From Podarcis cretensis (Eukaryota), in the NCBI GenBank assembly GCA_951804945.1, contig OX638162.1, positions 35,340,001-35,404,000 on the forward strand: a stretch of 64,000 nucleotides of DNA, read 5' to 3'. This document shows, piece by piece, positions 24,645 to 35,230 of this stretch; position 1 is the stretch's first letter; every line of letters begins with the position of its first letter. A program made the translations under genes and the position numbers. The notes under the pieces are model-generated. The model was not told the origin of the DNA and did no database searches. It saw only the letters and a list, made by a program, of their open reading frames with translations.

Positions 24645-26787
24645 TAATAATAATAAATAAATAAGAATAAAAAATGTGCACCCCACCACCAAGACCATTC
24701 CATTGTAACTATCCAACCACCCAAAATTTCACCACCTCTTGTGGTGGTTTGACCTCTTTCCATTTTAACAGTACAAATTCTACATGTAGAATTTGTACTG
24801 GAACAATTATTTATTTAAAACACTGGTCTAGAATTTCAGTGTGGCTGGGCAGATCTGACAATTTTCCTTCCTCTAATTTTCTGGATTGTAAATTCAATTT
24901 CCATATTTCCACAGTACTTTGGAATTTTTTTAAAAAAGGTCATCATGAAAATTCATCACATTTTAGTGCAATTTTGCCCAACACTCACATTTTTTCAAAG
25001 CAATTCCCCTCCATATAACACATTTTTTTATGTGTTTCCCCTAATATATACACTTTGCCCTAGTATATGATTTTTTGTACAAATTGCTTGGCTAGAGAAC
25101 TGCATGACAAAATTAAGGGAAGTGTGAATTCTGAAGAATGGCTGTGTTTTGATTCATTTATTGTTTCAGAAAGTGTGGACAGGTTCACCTTTAAATGTGA
25201 ACCAAATCAATTTCTCCTCCATTACGCCCCCAAACTGTGATTTTTCCCATCAAAGACATCAAGGCTTGGAGATGTTGAGCGCAGCCCTGGATGTGATTCA
25301 TTTATGGTTCATTCACAGAAATGTCTCATACTTATCAATGGATTTCAAGAGATGCAGATTACCAACCAGCAATTTGTGCTCTGCTCTCATTTACAGGAAA
25401 ATTGCTGTTGCCGTCTTTGTAATCCCATTACCTGACATAAAAGAATCTGGCTTCTAAACATCCCTCTACTGGACCAGGGATGAGATTAGCCAAGACCCTG
25501 AATGTGTGGAACAATCGAGTTCCCCACCATTCTATGGCGCTCTCACTTCCCACCAGTGCAATCAAGAAAGCATCTTGCCATGTATTAATAGGTGATAGTG
25601 CGTCTTTGTTAGAGCACTATGATCAGCTAATGTAACCTGGTGAGTTTTGCTGCAAGCTGATGATTACTGGTTTGAGATAACAAAGAGGTGGGCTTTTCCA
25701 CTGGTGCCACCATGTTTGTGGAATGCCCTCCCTGCTGAAAAATGGGAGGTCCCATCAGTGTTGTCATTCTGCCAGCTCCTGAATGCACAACTGTTTGGGC
25801 AAGCATTCCCAAAATGTGAACTTGTGATTGTATTGTTTATCTGTTTTAATTGCTGTGTTTTTCATTTTTGTTTTTGTTTTATTATATATTTTAATTAAGA
25901 TTTGTTTTAAAAAACCATGTTCTTCGATTACAGATTGATTTTATAGTTGTAAATCACAGAGAAGCCATTTTAGCATAAGTGGTCTACAGATTAAAAAAAA
26001 TAGTAAGAGCCCCATTTACAGGATCACTCTAAAAGGTAGAAAGAAAGAAAGAATAGGGAACTATCACTTCAATATATGAAAGCTCTGTGATTTTTCTGCA
26101 GCACCATATCTGTATGAATAAACACAAATTAAGATAGGTCTGGATTTTCTTCTATTTCAAATTAATGCTTATTTTCCCTGTTATTGTGGGTGTGCACTGA
26201 CCAATCAGGAGTAAAGTGTTTAATATCTATGTCAACAGCAGAGCTCTATAAAGTGCAAAGACAGGACTTGGGCCCATGGAGAGCTCCCAAGTTCCATTTC
26301 ATTGTGAGAGGCTTCTTAAATAGCTTTATACTTTTTTTACATTACTTTTTTCTTCTCTTAAAGCAGATACAGTTCAAGCCCACTTGGACAGTTGGATTAT
26401 TTAAACAAGAAACATTTATGAAATCGAAACTCAATTGCTTGTAGGGGCATTCTAGCAAATCAACGTTAAGTGGAAACCTCAAAAGATGGCTCCTGATCAG
26501 TGCAATGTATCAGGGTGTCGAGCTGAATTTCTGGAAGGAAATTCCTGAAGCACAATGCAATGTGCTTGCTAAGATGCCTCATGAGACAATGATCCAGAGT
26601 GAAATGAATGTTGCCAGACTAAAAAGCCGAGAGGCATTTCTGCCTGCACAGTGAGGGCCTTTCGGCATTTCAACCCAGAAACACAAGACAACCTGAAGGG
26701 AAGTTCCCAAGTTATTTTAACAAGTGGAGAGTATATGACTGTTGCAGGCAGTTAGGCTCACTTGCCCTGATTAGTTGTCTTGTACAC

Positions 26788-27573
26788 AATGCCACTTCCG
26801 ACATCAGGAGGAGGGGGTTTTGCGGTTCTCACGACCCATTCACACTCTCGCGGGGCTGACTACAGCCCCGCGAGAACAGGGGAATCCCGGGATCATTAGT
26901 ATGCATTATTCATCGCGCCAGCCAATCGGCTGGCGGCGGGGGCGGGGCGAGTAAGGGGCATTTAAGGTCAGGATAGCCCATACTCGCCCCTTTCTTTCCT
27001 TCCAGCAGCTGCGCTTTCCCTCCCTCCCACCCTTTAGGTTCTAAGCTGGACTTTGCTATGGGCCTCGGCTGGTCGCCGCAAGGGGCCTGGTAGGAATTTT
27101 TCCATTTGGCTAATTGGCTATATTTTGGAAGCCACTTGGTTTTTTCGCCTACCTCGTAGCAAACGTCACAACTTCTTGGTTTTGGCGGTTAGGCATTGGC
27201 AGGGGTATTGTTATGCAAATGAGATGGGGGAGGAACGCCATCACCTCCCCCAAAATGCTGAAGGGTAGTTCGTTAAAGGACTCCGGGGGGCGTCGCCTCG
27301 TCCGAAACCTACGGAGGCTAGGGCCTAAAGCGCGCTCCCGAGCGGTAACCCCTCGGGGAGCGCCCAGGGATGTGCATCTCGGGGGCTCCCCCTGTTGGTG
27401 CTTAACCCTTCCCGGTTATACCGGTTAGTCTGATAGGGCCAATGCCTAAAGCCAATACCGCTCTTACCTGTAATCAATAAAGTTGTGGCCATTTTTCGCC
27501 CATTAATCTAAATTCTGTGTCCTGTGTCTTTATTTATTCCATTCAGTGGGAGGGGGCGGGAATAGACACGCAA
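26788..27573 (+). mobile_element. Non-coding element of the 'GTCACAACTT/AATAAAGTTGTGGC' family, copy B (divergent subfamily)
   Basis: Shares the motifs ttcgcct..cgtagcaaacgtcacaact, ccaatgcct, aataaagttgtggcc and terminal cacgcaa with copies A and C. CpG-rich, no TSD. Confidence 0.8.
26921..27002 (+). promoter_or_regulatory. Pol II promoter-like cassette within copy B
   Basis: CCAAT at 26922-26, tandem GC boxes at 26935-49, TATA-like catttaag at ~26959-66, pyrimidine-rich initiator-like tract ~30 bp downstream, AATAAA at 27476-81. Confidence 0.55.
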
Positions 27574-28851
27574 AATCCACTGGACCTCAGTAAACCGTAT
27601 ATGCAGTATGCTTCTGAATGCAAGTAGCTGAGAGTAGCAGGCAGGGAGAGCGCTCTTGTGCTTAGCTCCTGCTTGGGTGCTTCCCACAGGCATCTGATTG
27701 GCCACTGTGGTGACGGGATGCTGGACCAGATAGGCCACTGGGCTGGCTGCTTCAGCATGCTCTTCTTATGTTGGGCATGCTGGCTGGGCCTGATAGGAGT
27801 TGCACTCTAAAACACCTGGGGAGCTCCAGAAAGGGTAGATGATCCACTCAACAAAGATCCAGCAGAAGGGTTCCTCTTACATTCTTAACTGAATTTTCTT
27901 CTTATGAACCTCTGGGTGCTTCCTCACTTATTTTGTTTCTTTGATAAGTGCCTCTGGCCTTGAACAAGTGCCTCTAGTGGAGTCTGTGTGTGAATCTCTG
28001 TGTGTTGGTTCTTCTTGTTATGTTTCCCTGTTCCCCATGTTTATTCATAGCTCCCTACTATTTGTGCTTTTCAGAATGGCAGCTTAGATAAGAGAGAGTA
28101 GTGATTCAGTGTTTCACTCCTTGCTGATGACATTTATTGGAAACAATTTTCTGTTCCATTGCCACATCATGCTGAGACCCTTCTTCATCTTTATGAAGCT
28201 TCTATGTCACCCTTCTCTTCTTGGCACCACCAAGTTAAGGGAAATGCTGTAGACAACTTTTAAAGACTTGCCATGAAAATGAAACAACATAAATAAAGAC
28301 ACAGTGAGCAAGAGAAGCGCCATGGCTCATTGGTAGAGCACCTGATTTGTATGCAGAAGTTCCCAGGTTCAATTCCCAGCCTCTCAAAATAGAGTTTAGA
28401 AAGGTTCCCTGAGGCTGGAATCCTGGGGACTCTGAAAACTGTAACTCTCAACTCCCTTAATTCCCAGAATTCTTTGGCGGGTACCATGGCTGTTTGAAGT
28501 GACTACAGGTTCCAGAAACCCTCTTAACTGTGACTTTTTTTGCAGGGGGATGGGTGATCCATGAGTTTATCTGGGCCCTTTGAGACAGCCATGAGGCTGA
28601 GATGTGTTGAGCATGAAAGTTGTGTCAGAAGGAAAAGGAAATTCTAGCTGCATGTATTTGCTAGTAGTTTTTATTTTATTATGTATTTTTGTAATAGCTA
28701 TTGTTGTTTAGTTTTTAAAGATTGTTTAGAGTTTTAGTTGTTGTTCAGAGATATATTTATATATTTAGTGGTATAGAGGCAGTCAACAATTAACTAATTA
28801 ACTAATTAAAATGAAGCCCTCCAATAAACTCATAAGTAGTTTTGTAACATA

Positions 28852-29074
28852 CAGTGGTACCTTGGGTTAAGAATTTAATTCGTTCTGGAGGTCCGTTCTT
28901 AACCTGAAACTGTTCTTAACCTGAAACACTACTTTAGCTAATGGGGCCTCCCACTGCTGCTGCACCACCGCCCAATTTCTGTTCTCATCCTGACGCAAAG
29001 TTCTTAACCCGAGGTACTACTTCTGGGTTAGCAGAGTCTGTGACCTGAAGTGTCTGTAACCCGAGGTACCACTG
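28852..29074 (-). mobile_element. Tc1/mariner MITE, family 1 (intact)
   Basis: TIR cagtggtacct.gggtta with TA TSD. Confidence 0.92.
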
Positions 29075-29442
29075 TAATGGTTTGATTCAGGTTTGTGTGT
29101 GTTTTTAAACCAGCATTTAGTGTGGGAATGGGATGGACTAGACCACCATATAAACACATGTCAAACTAAATTTAGCCGGCCTGCCGATCTCTGTACATGG
29201 TGGGACACCCCTAATACCTTCACATTTATACAGCATGATTTTCTCTCCTTTTTGAGTAGTGGCTCTGTACATCTGTATTGTATTTCCCCTTTCCCTATCT
29301 CATGCACCCATATGCATTTCTCTTTTAATTCCCCTTCTATGCTTATTATTTCATTTTTCTTGCATCTCACTATCTCTGCCTGTTTGTTCCAGTAGTCTAC
29401 TGCTGCTGCTGCTTGCTAAGGTGTTATTTCCATTGTTTACAT

Positions 29443-29578
29443 CAGGCATAGGCAAACTCTGTCCTCCAGATGTTTTGGAACTACAACTCCCATCATCCCT
29501 GACCACTGGTTCTGTTAGCTAGGGATGATGGAAGTTGTAGTCCCAAAACATCTGGAGGACAGAGTTTGCCTATGCCTG
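29443..29578. mobile_element. hAT MITE
   Basis: Near-perfect palindrome caggcataggcaaactctgtcctccagatg...; perfect 8-bp TSD gtttacat. Confidence 0.93.
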
Positions 29579-29586
29579 GTTTACAT

Positions 29587-29724
29587 CAAATGTGGGGAAT
29601 ATTTGGCCTTCCAAATGATGCTAAACAACAAGTCCTATAGTCCCTGACTATTGGCCACACATAGTGGACCTGATGGGAGCTGTAGTTCAGCAACATTTGG
29701 AGGGCCAAAGGGTCCCCACCCCTG
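29587..29724. mobile_element. Older hAT MITE abutting the previous one
   Basis: Degenerate palindrome ending tccccacccctg; flanks gtttacat/gtttatac. Confidence 0.75.
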
Positions 29725-31126
29725 GTTTATACTGTATGTTAATAAAACCAGCAATTATCTTTTAAAATGTTTCTGCATTAATAATATATGTGGGCAATAA
29801 AAAGTATTGAAGGAATTATTGACTTAATGTTGAGTTGCTTTTCTGGTTTGTTGGGTTTGTTTTGCATTTGAACTGGAGAATATTAAAATAAGGTACGCTC
29901 AAGAGATGCATGTCATGAGTCTATGTCTTTGACTCTTTAGGGTAGGTCATCAATGGCTGAGGCAAGCTTAGTACCACTTCCTGCTGATTCAGATGGATAG
30001 ACGTTTCATTCCATGTTCCCCTAGTGGACCAGTGGTGTATAGACCAGAGGAGTCTATCACTAAGTCTTGTTTTCAGCAAAAATGAAGGACACACGTACAG
30101 AAAGTTCAACAACTCATCTGAGGGAATCAGATAATTGGTGAAGTCTGTTTTAATGTCTGGCCACCCAGCGATAGGCAATGACTTCTCGTCTTAATGGATT
30201 AGTCTAACAAAAATGTATTTTACTCAAGAGGTCTCCACTGCTCCAGAACTAATGAGAACAGGGAAATGCTCGTTTGGAACAATTTCCCTCATCTCCTCAG
30301 TGAGGCAACGGGGGGGGGGGGTGAGAAGAAGGAGGAGACAGCTTCTACCCCCTCCTTTTGCATACTTGATTAGAAAGAAAGTTGCTAATGGTAGCAGGAA
30401 ACCAAAGTATGTAATTCAAACACAAAATTGATTTAAAAAAAATCCAACTAAACCAAGTGGGTTGTTCATTTTGTTGTGCAAGTTTTGGAGAGATCACCCA
30501 CCAACCTTAAAGCATTAGATTATTTCAGGAGTTTAATGTAATATAGAATAGACAGGTTTTTTTCAAGACTCTGTCATTAAATAATATTTTAAGAAGATAT
30601 GGTTAAGTCCAGGAACCACGTGCACTGTAGCCCTATAAAACCTTCCACCTAGGACTTTTTCAACACAGTCACAATCAACACAGAAGAGCAGAAGTGACTC
30701 CTTATAATTTGAAGTGTCAACACACTTCAAATTCAAACCACTGGTCCTTCTAGCATGGTGTTTTCTACATAAACTGGCTGCAATTCTTCCAGATTTCAGA
30801 CAGAGGACATTCCCAGATTTCACTAGATCTGCCAGGGGATTGAACTTGGGATCTTCTGTTTTCAAAGCAGATGCTCTACCACTAAATTGCAGTCCTTCTC
30901 TCTGAATGCTCCATTGTCCCTTCTTGGAATTGCAAAGAGGAGCACATAGAACATATAAACCTGGAAATAGGCCAAGCCAGATACATGAAGGAGAACAGTA
31001 AGGTGTGAAAGCTGCCCATTCATACATACACTAATAATACATGGATGGGGGGGTGTTCATTGGCACACAGACTCATATGTGCTACATGCATAGGTCTGTC
31101 TGCCAACAAACCCCACTCACTATCCA

Positions 31127-31275
31127 TGTATGCCTGGTCTACAGAACTCTGGAACTTTTAGGGTGATTTTTTTAATATACTTTTGTTGTAATATGGACTA
31201 CTATATACTCAGAAATGTAAAAACAAAGAAAGAAAGAACGCTGAAAGTTCCAGAGTTTTATAGACCAGACATACA
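31127..31275. mobile_element. Fold-back MITE (mariner-like)
   Basis: 32-bp inverted arms at 31127-31158 and 31244-31275 with 3 mismatches. Confidence 0.75.
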
Positions 31276-31399
31276 GTGCCCTGCATTAATCTGTGGAAGA
31301 AAAAAGCAAGGACCCCCCCTTTCCCCAATACTCCAATGATTTAAAACCAGACTGACAGTGGGTGTCATTCTCAGATGTCATTCTCTAAAATATCTCTAG

Positions 31400-31435
31400 G
31401 CGATGGCATCACATAAAGCTTCCAACATGTGCGAG
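31400..31435 (+). other. Candidate 36-nt micro-exon of an unidentified gene
   Basis: Acceptor tatctctAG, consensus donor GAG|GTAAGT, length divisible by 3, two stop-free frames (AMASHKASNMCE; RWHHIKLPTCA), located in non-repetitive sequence. Confidence 0.3.
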
Positions 31436-33758
31436 GTAAGTACTGCTTTCCTATTTATAGCCAACCCTATAAGTGTGATGCTTGCCTAAAAACTTACTTT
31501 GACAAATGAAAACTAATACATTGCGTTATTTATTTAGCTTAATTGTAAACTACTTTGAGGACTTTTGATGGGCTAAAATGTGGCTATAATATGTAAACCA
31601 ATGATGATGATGATGATAAAATAAAAAAAATAATAGTAATAATAATAATTCCCTAACACCGAATATTGAGAGGAAATTTGCTGCCTGCTACACATAAAAT
31701 ATCTGCATTCTCATACAAGTCACATAAATAAAGAGTGATGGGGATGGAGAGGAGTTCTTGCTGCTGCTGCCACTACTACTACTAATCTGCCCTTCTCTCT
31801 AGGGTTCCAAGGCATTTTCTGAGAAGTGTATAATGAAGGTGCCAAGTGCACTTCTATGGGAAGGTGTTCTACAAATTAGGGGCTGTCACAGAGAATGCCC
31901 TCTTCTGAGCTGCCACCCCACAATCTCTGAGAGGAGAGGAAGTACCAAGAGGGCCTGATCTTCTGATCTTGGCACCCAATAAGGTTGCCAATTCTTGTGA
32001 ATGACAGTAAAGCAGGCCCACCCCTCCACAGGGGGTACCTGTTCACATGAGATTCACACAGCTCTTACACAGCTGTTAGCCTGATCCAGCAGGCTCTTCA
32101 TATGTTCTTATCTTATTGTGTGGAACTTCTGTTTCCTCCTCATCCCTAATGCAAACCCAAATCTCTTCCAGAGGGTTCCTCAACTCACCCAAACTGATTT
32201 TGAGGGCACACAAGGGGATAGAGGCAACACGGGAGGCAGAAGAAATTACAATGCACCCACATAAGTCTCTTGCATCAGCAGACCTACAGCAATGGAGGCT
32301 GCTTTAGGTTTTAGTTAAAGGGAAGCAGTATATGCATGGCTGCTCCATGGTATCATGATGCAGGCGGCTCCTGGGAAGTCCCGAATCTGAAATTTTATTT
32401 TTCTTATTTTGTTTTCTTATTGAATTTATATGCTGCATAATGTTGAAGTAGACTTCCAAGTATTTCCACAAGGAGTGCATTCCATAACATCAGTGCCACC
32501 GGCGAGAAAGCCCACCTCCACATCACCACAAGCCAATGAGTAGGGCAAGACTACCAGGCAAATCTGATCTTAATGCCCTTACTGGGCAAATTTAATGAGC
32601 TCACACCATTCAAAGTGTGCATTAATGCAAGGGTATTTTTGTTTGCTGTTTGTTTGTTTGTTTTTTAAAAAACACGACACACACAATAACAGAAAGGAAC
32701 TGGGAGGGAGGGAAAGGGTTAAAAACATAACTGAGAAAGGAATCCATTTCACTGTATATGTGTGTTTTCTGGCAATCTTTCATCCCTACATGCATTGGTC
32801 TCAGAATAAAGAGCTCCTGTACACACACAGCCATTGCATTGTCAGGTTCGTTGCTAATCATGAAACATCTTTGAACAAAGCATCTCCCTCAGCTTGATCT
32901 TCTGCAGTGGCTGCTTTCTGGAGCCGATTTCTTCCATTAGAGGAAGAAGAAGGGGAGAGGCTTCAATGAGTAGTTGTAGGGGAGCATTTAGCCCACGTGG
33001 ATTAGCCTGTTCATATATTTCACATTATTTCAGGGGAGGGGGAAGAAAAGCCACGAATGGCATACAGTAATTTTCAATCAAACTCTTGTAGCAATGTTTC
33101 TAGGGTAATTAGATTCATGGCCTGCCACAGGGACCAATTTCTTCCACTAACTTATCTGGACTACAGATACTAGCATAAACATTCCGGAGGGGCCTTTAAA
33201 TTCTGACCTGGAGTTGAGCTGATCCGACTTTCATCTTATGCCAGAAGCTGCCAACTGAATTATAGTAACATTTCTGCCTTCACCTTGAAGCAAACAACCC
33301 TGGGAGAAATTCATTGGCCACTTAAAGGCTTCTTCATGTGTGTATATATTCTGATTTAAAAATAAAACCTATAGCTAAAAACCCCCCACAAAAACATGGA
33401 AAGCAATTTGCCTTCATATCCTTCATTTCTGATTTAATTATCCCAAACCCCTATTAATTATATTGTTATTTTAAGAAGCTATCATATAATTCATGTTTTT
33501 AGCAGAGGACATTTTGGTTATATTCATTATCAGAATTGACGGAAGCTGAATGCTTCAGGGTTGAATCTTTTGCCTCCTGTGTTTAATAAATGAAAACACA
33601 TAAAAATTACTGAGAATTTAAATAGGGCCTTGAAGTTAATTTAGGGAGCAAAATTATATATATTTCAAAATGGTAGTTCATTAGCAATCTCATAAACAGT
33701 AAAGAAGAAAAAGAGGAAGAGCCTTTTATTATTGCTGCTTTCATAAGCCCTGCAGCGC

Positions 33759-34343
33759 TGTTGAGATTGGGATTGGGTTGGCAGGTCCTGAGAGAGGAAG
33801 AGGAACACGGCTGGGAGTGGGGCTGAATTGTGGGATGCTGGGCTGGATCTATGTAGACTTCAGTCACTTTGGAAGTAGAGAGCATGGATGCTGGCTCTCC
33901 TCTCCAACTTTTCTACAGTGTGGAGAACCAAAGAAAGTCTTTGATCAGCTGAGGAGTGTGGCTAGACAACAGTTGAACAGGAGCCTGAACAGGAAGGGGC
34001 AGTCTTGTCACCTGGAACCAGGTTCTGCCTTCACAAATGAGAGCAGAGCCAACTGCCCTGAAGGAACACACACTTGCAATCCTGACCACATCATAAGGCA
34101 ATCTCTTGCAAGTGAGTGTGAGATGCTTACTTGGCAAGAGGGGCACATGGAAACTTCTCAAGATTATTATTATTATTTTGCTTCCATCCAGTTCTGAATT
34201 TCTTGCCCTGCTCCTGAGATCCTGACTAACAACGCCTGAGCACTATGTCTGCTGCTGAGCCTGTATTGTTACTTGCCTGAATAAAGGTCTCTTTCTTACA
34301 AGTAAGAGCTTCTGTCTCTGTGTGTTGGGTGGGAGCCGGGACA
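33759..34343 (+). mobile_element. Probable solo LTR
   Basis: TG...CA ends (tgttgag...gggaca), AATAAA at ~34280 followed by a GT-rich tract. The TSD is not clean. Confidence 0.5.
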
Positions 34344-34834
34344 GCTGCTTTATATCTTTCATCTACCTGCAAAGCCTTGTGGAGAAAAGAACCTTACTGG
34401 AAAGCCTCACTATCCTTCTAGGAAACCATGTAAACAGGGGAGGAAAAACATATTTGCTCTGATGAAGCTAACAAACAGAGAAAGAAACCCAAGATGAACA
34501 GGTGAAGCGGTGAATTTATTGCTGTTGGTTTATAATTTTATCTATCTTATTCTGTACATAAAAATGCTCAGGCATGCCAATAGGATCAAAACAAAAAAAC
34601 TCAGCATTAGGAACAACCCTGCAACTAAGTCAAACAGCAGGTGATACCAAAACAGTCCAGTGCCTCTCCATTGAAACAGTACAGTCAATAAATGAAGGAA
34701 ACAAACAGGACAAGAGAAAGCTGACATCAAATACTAAATGATATATCAAATATTTCAATGTGGTTTGTTCCCAACTGAGGCAATGTTGCATTACAGGGAT
34801 GATTGTGAAGAACAAAAAAATAAAAATAGGAAGA

Positions 34835-34989
34835 ACAGTTCTGGGTCAGATCAAAATCTCAGCTAGTCCAGCTTTTGACATTCAGCTTCATTGGATGGCC
34901 CTGAATTGTACTCTTAATTGAGACAGAAAAAGTATCTATTTACTTCCTTTATATATTGCATAATCTTATACACCTCTATCAGCACGGGT

Positions 34990-35025
<36 letters not shown>

Positions 35026-35230
35026 TTATTAGGCTTTTTTTTCTAAACAACAAAGCCCCGAAAGCTATAGCCATGATGCCATTCCATTTGGGAGATAATT
35101 ATTCCATCTGGAATGGCTAACACTATTCAATTGGGTTGCCATTTTCTCAGTTTTTCCTGCTCTACAATATCCTTTTGGAGGTGATGAAACCTTAGCTGTA
35201 TGCAGTATTCCAAAGTATGCTTGCAATGTG
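34835..35230 (-). mobile_element. Degraded CR1 fragment containing an (AC)n microsatellite
   Basis: Reverse-complement similarity to the CR1 at 62612-63365; (AC)n at ~34990-35022. Confidence 0.65.
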
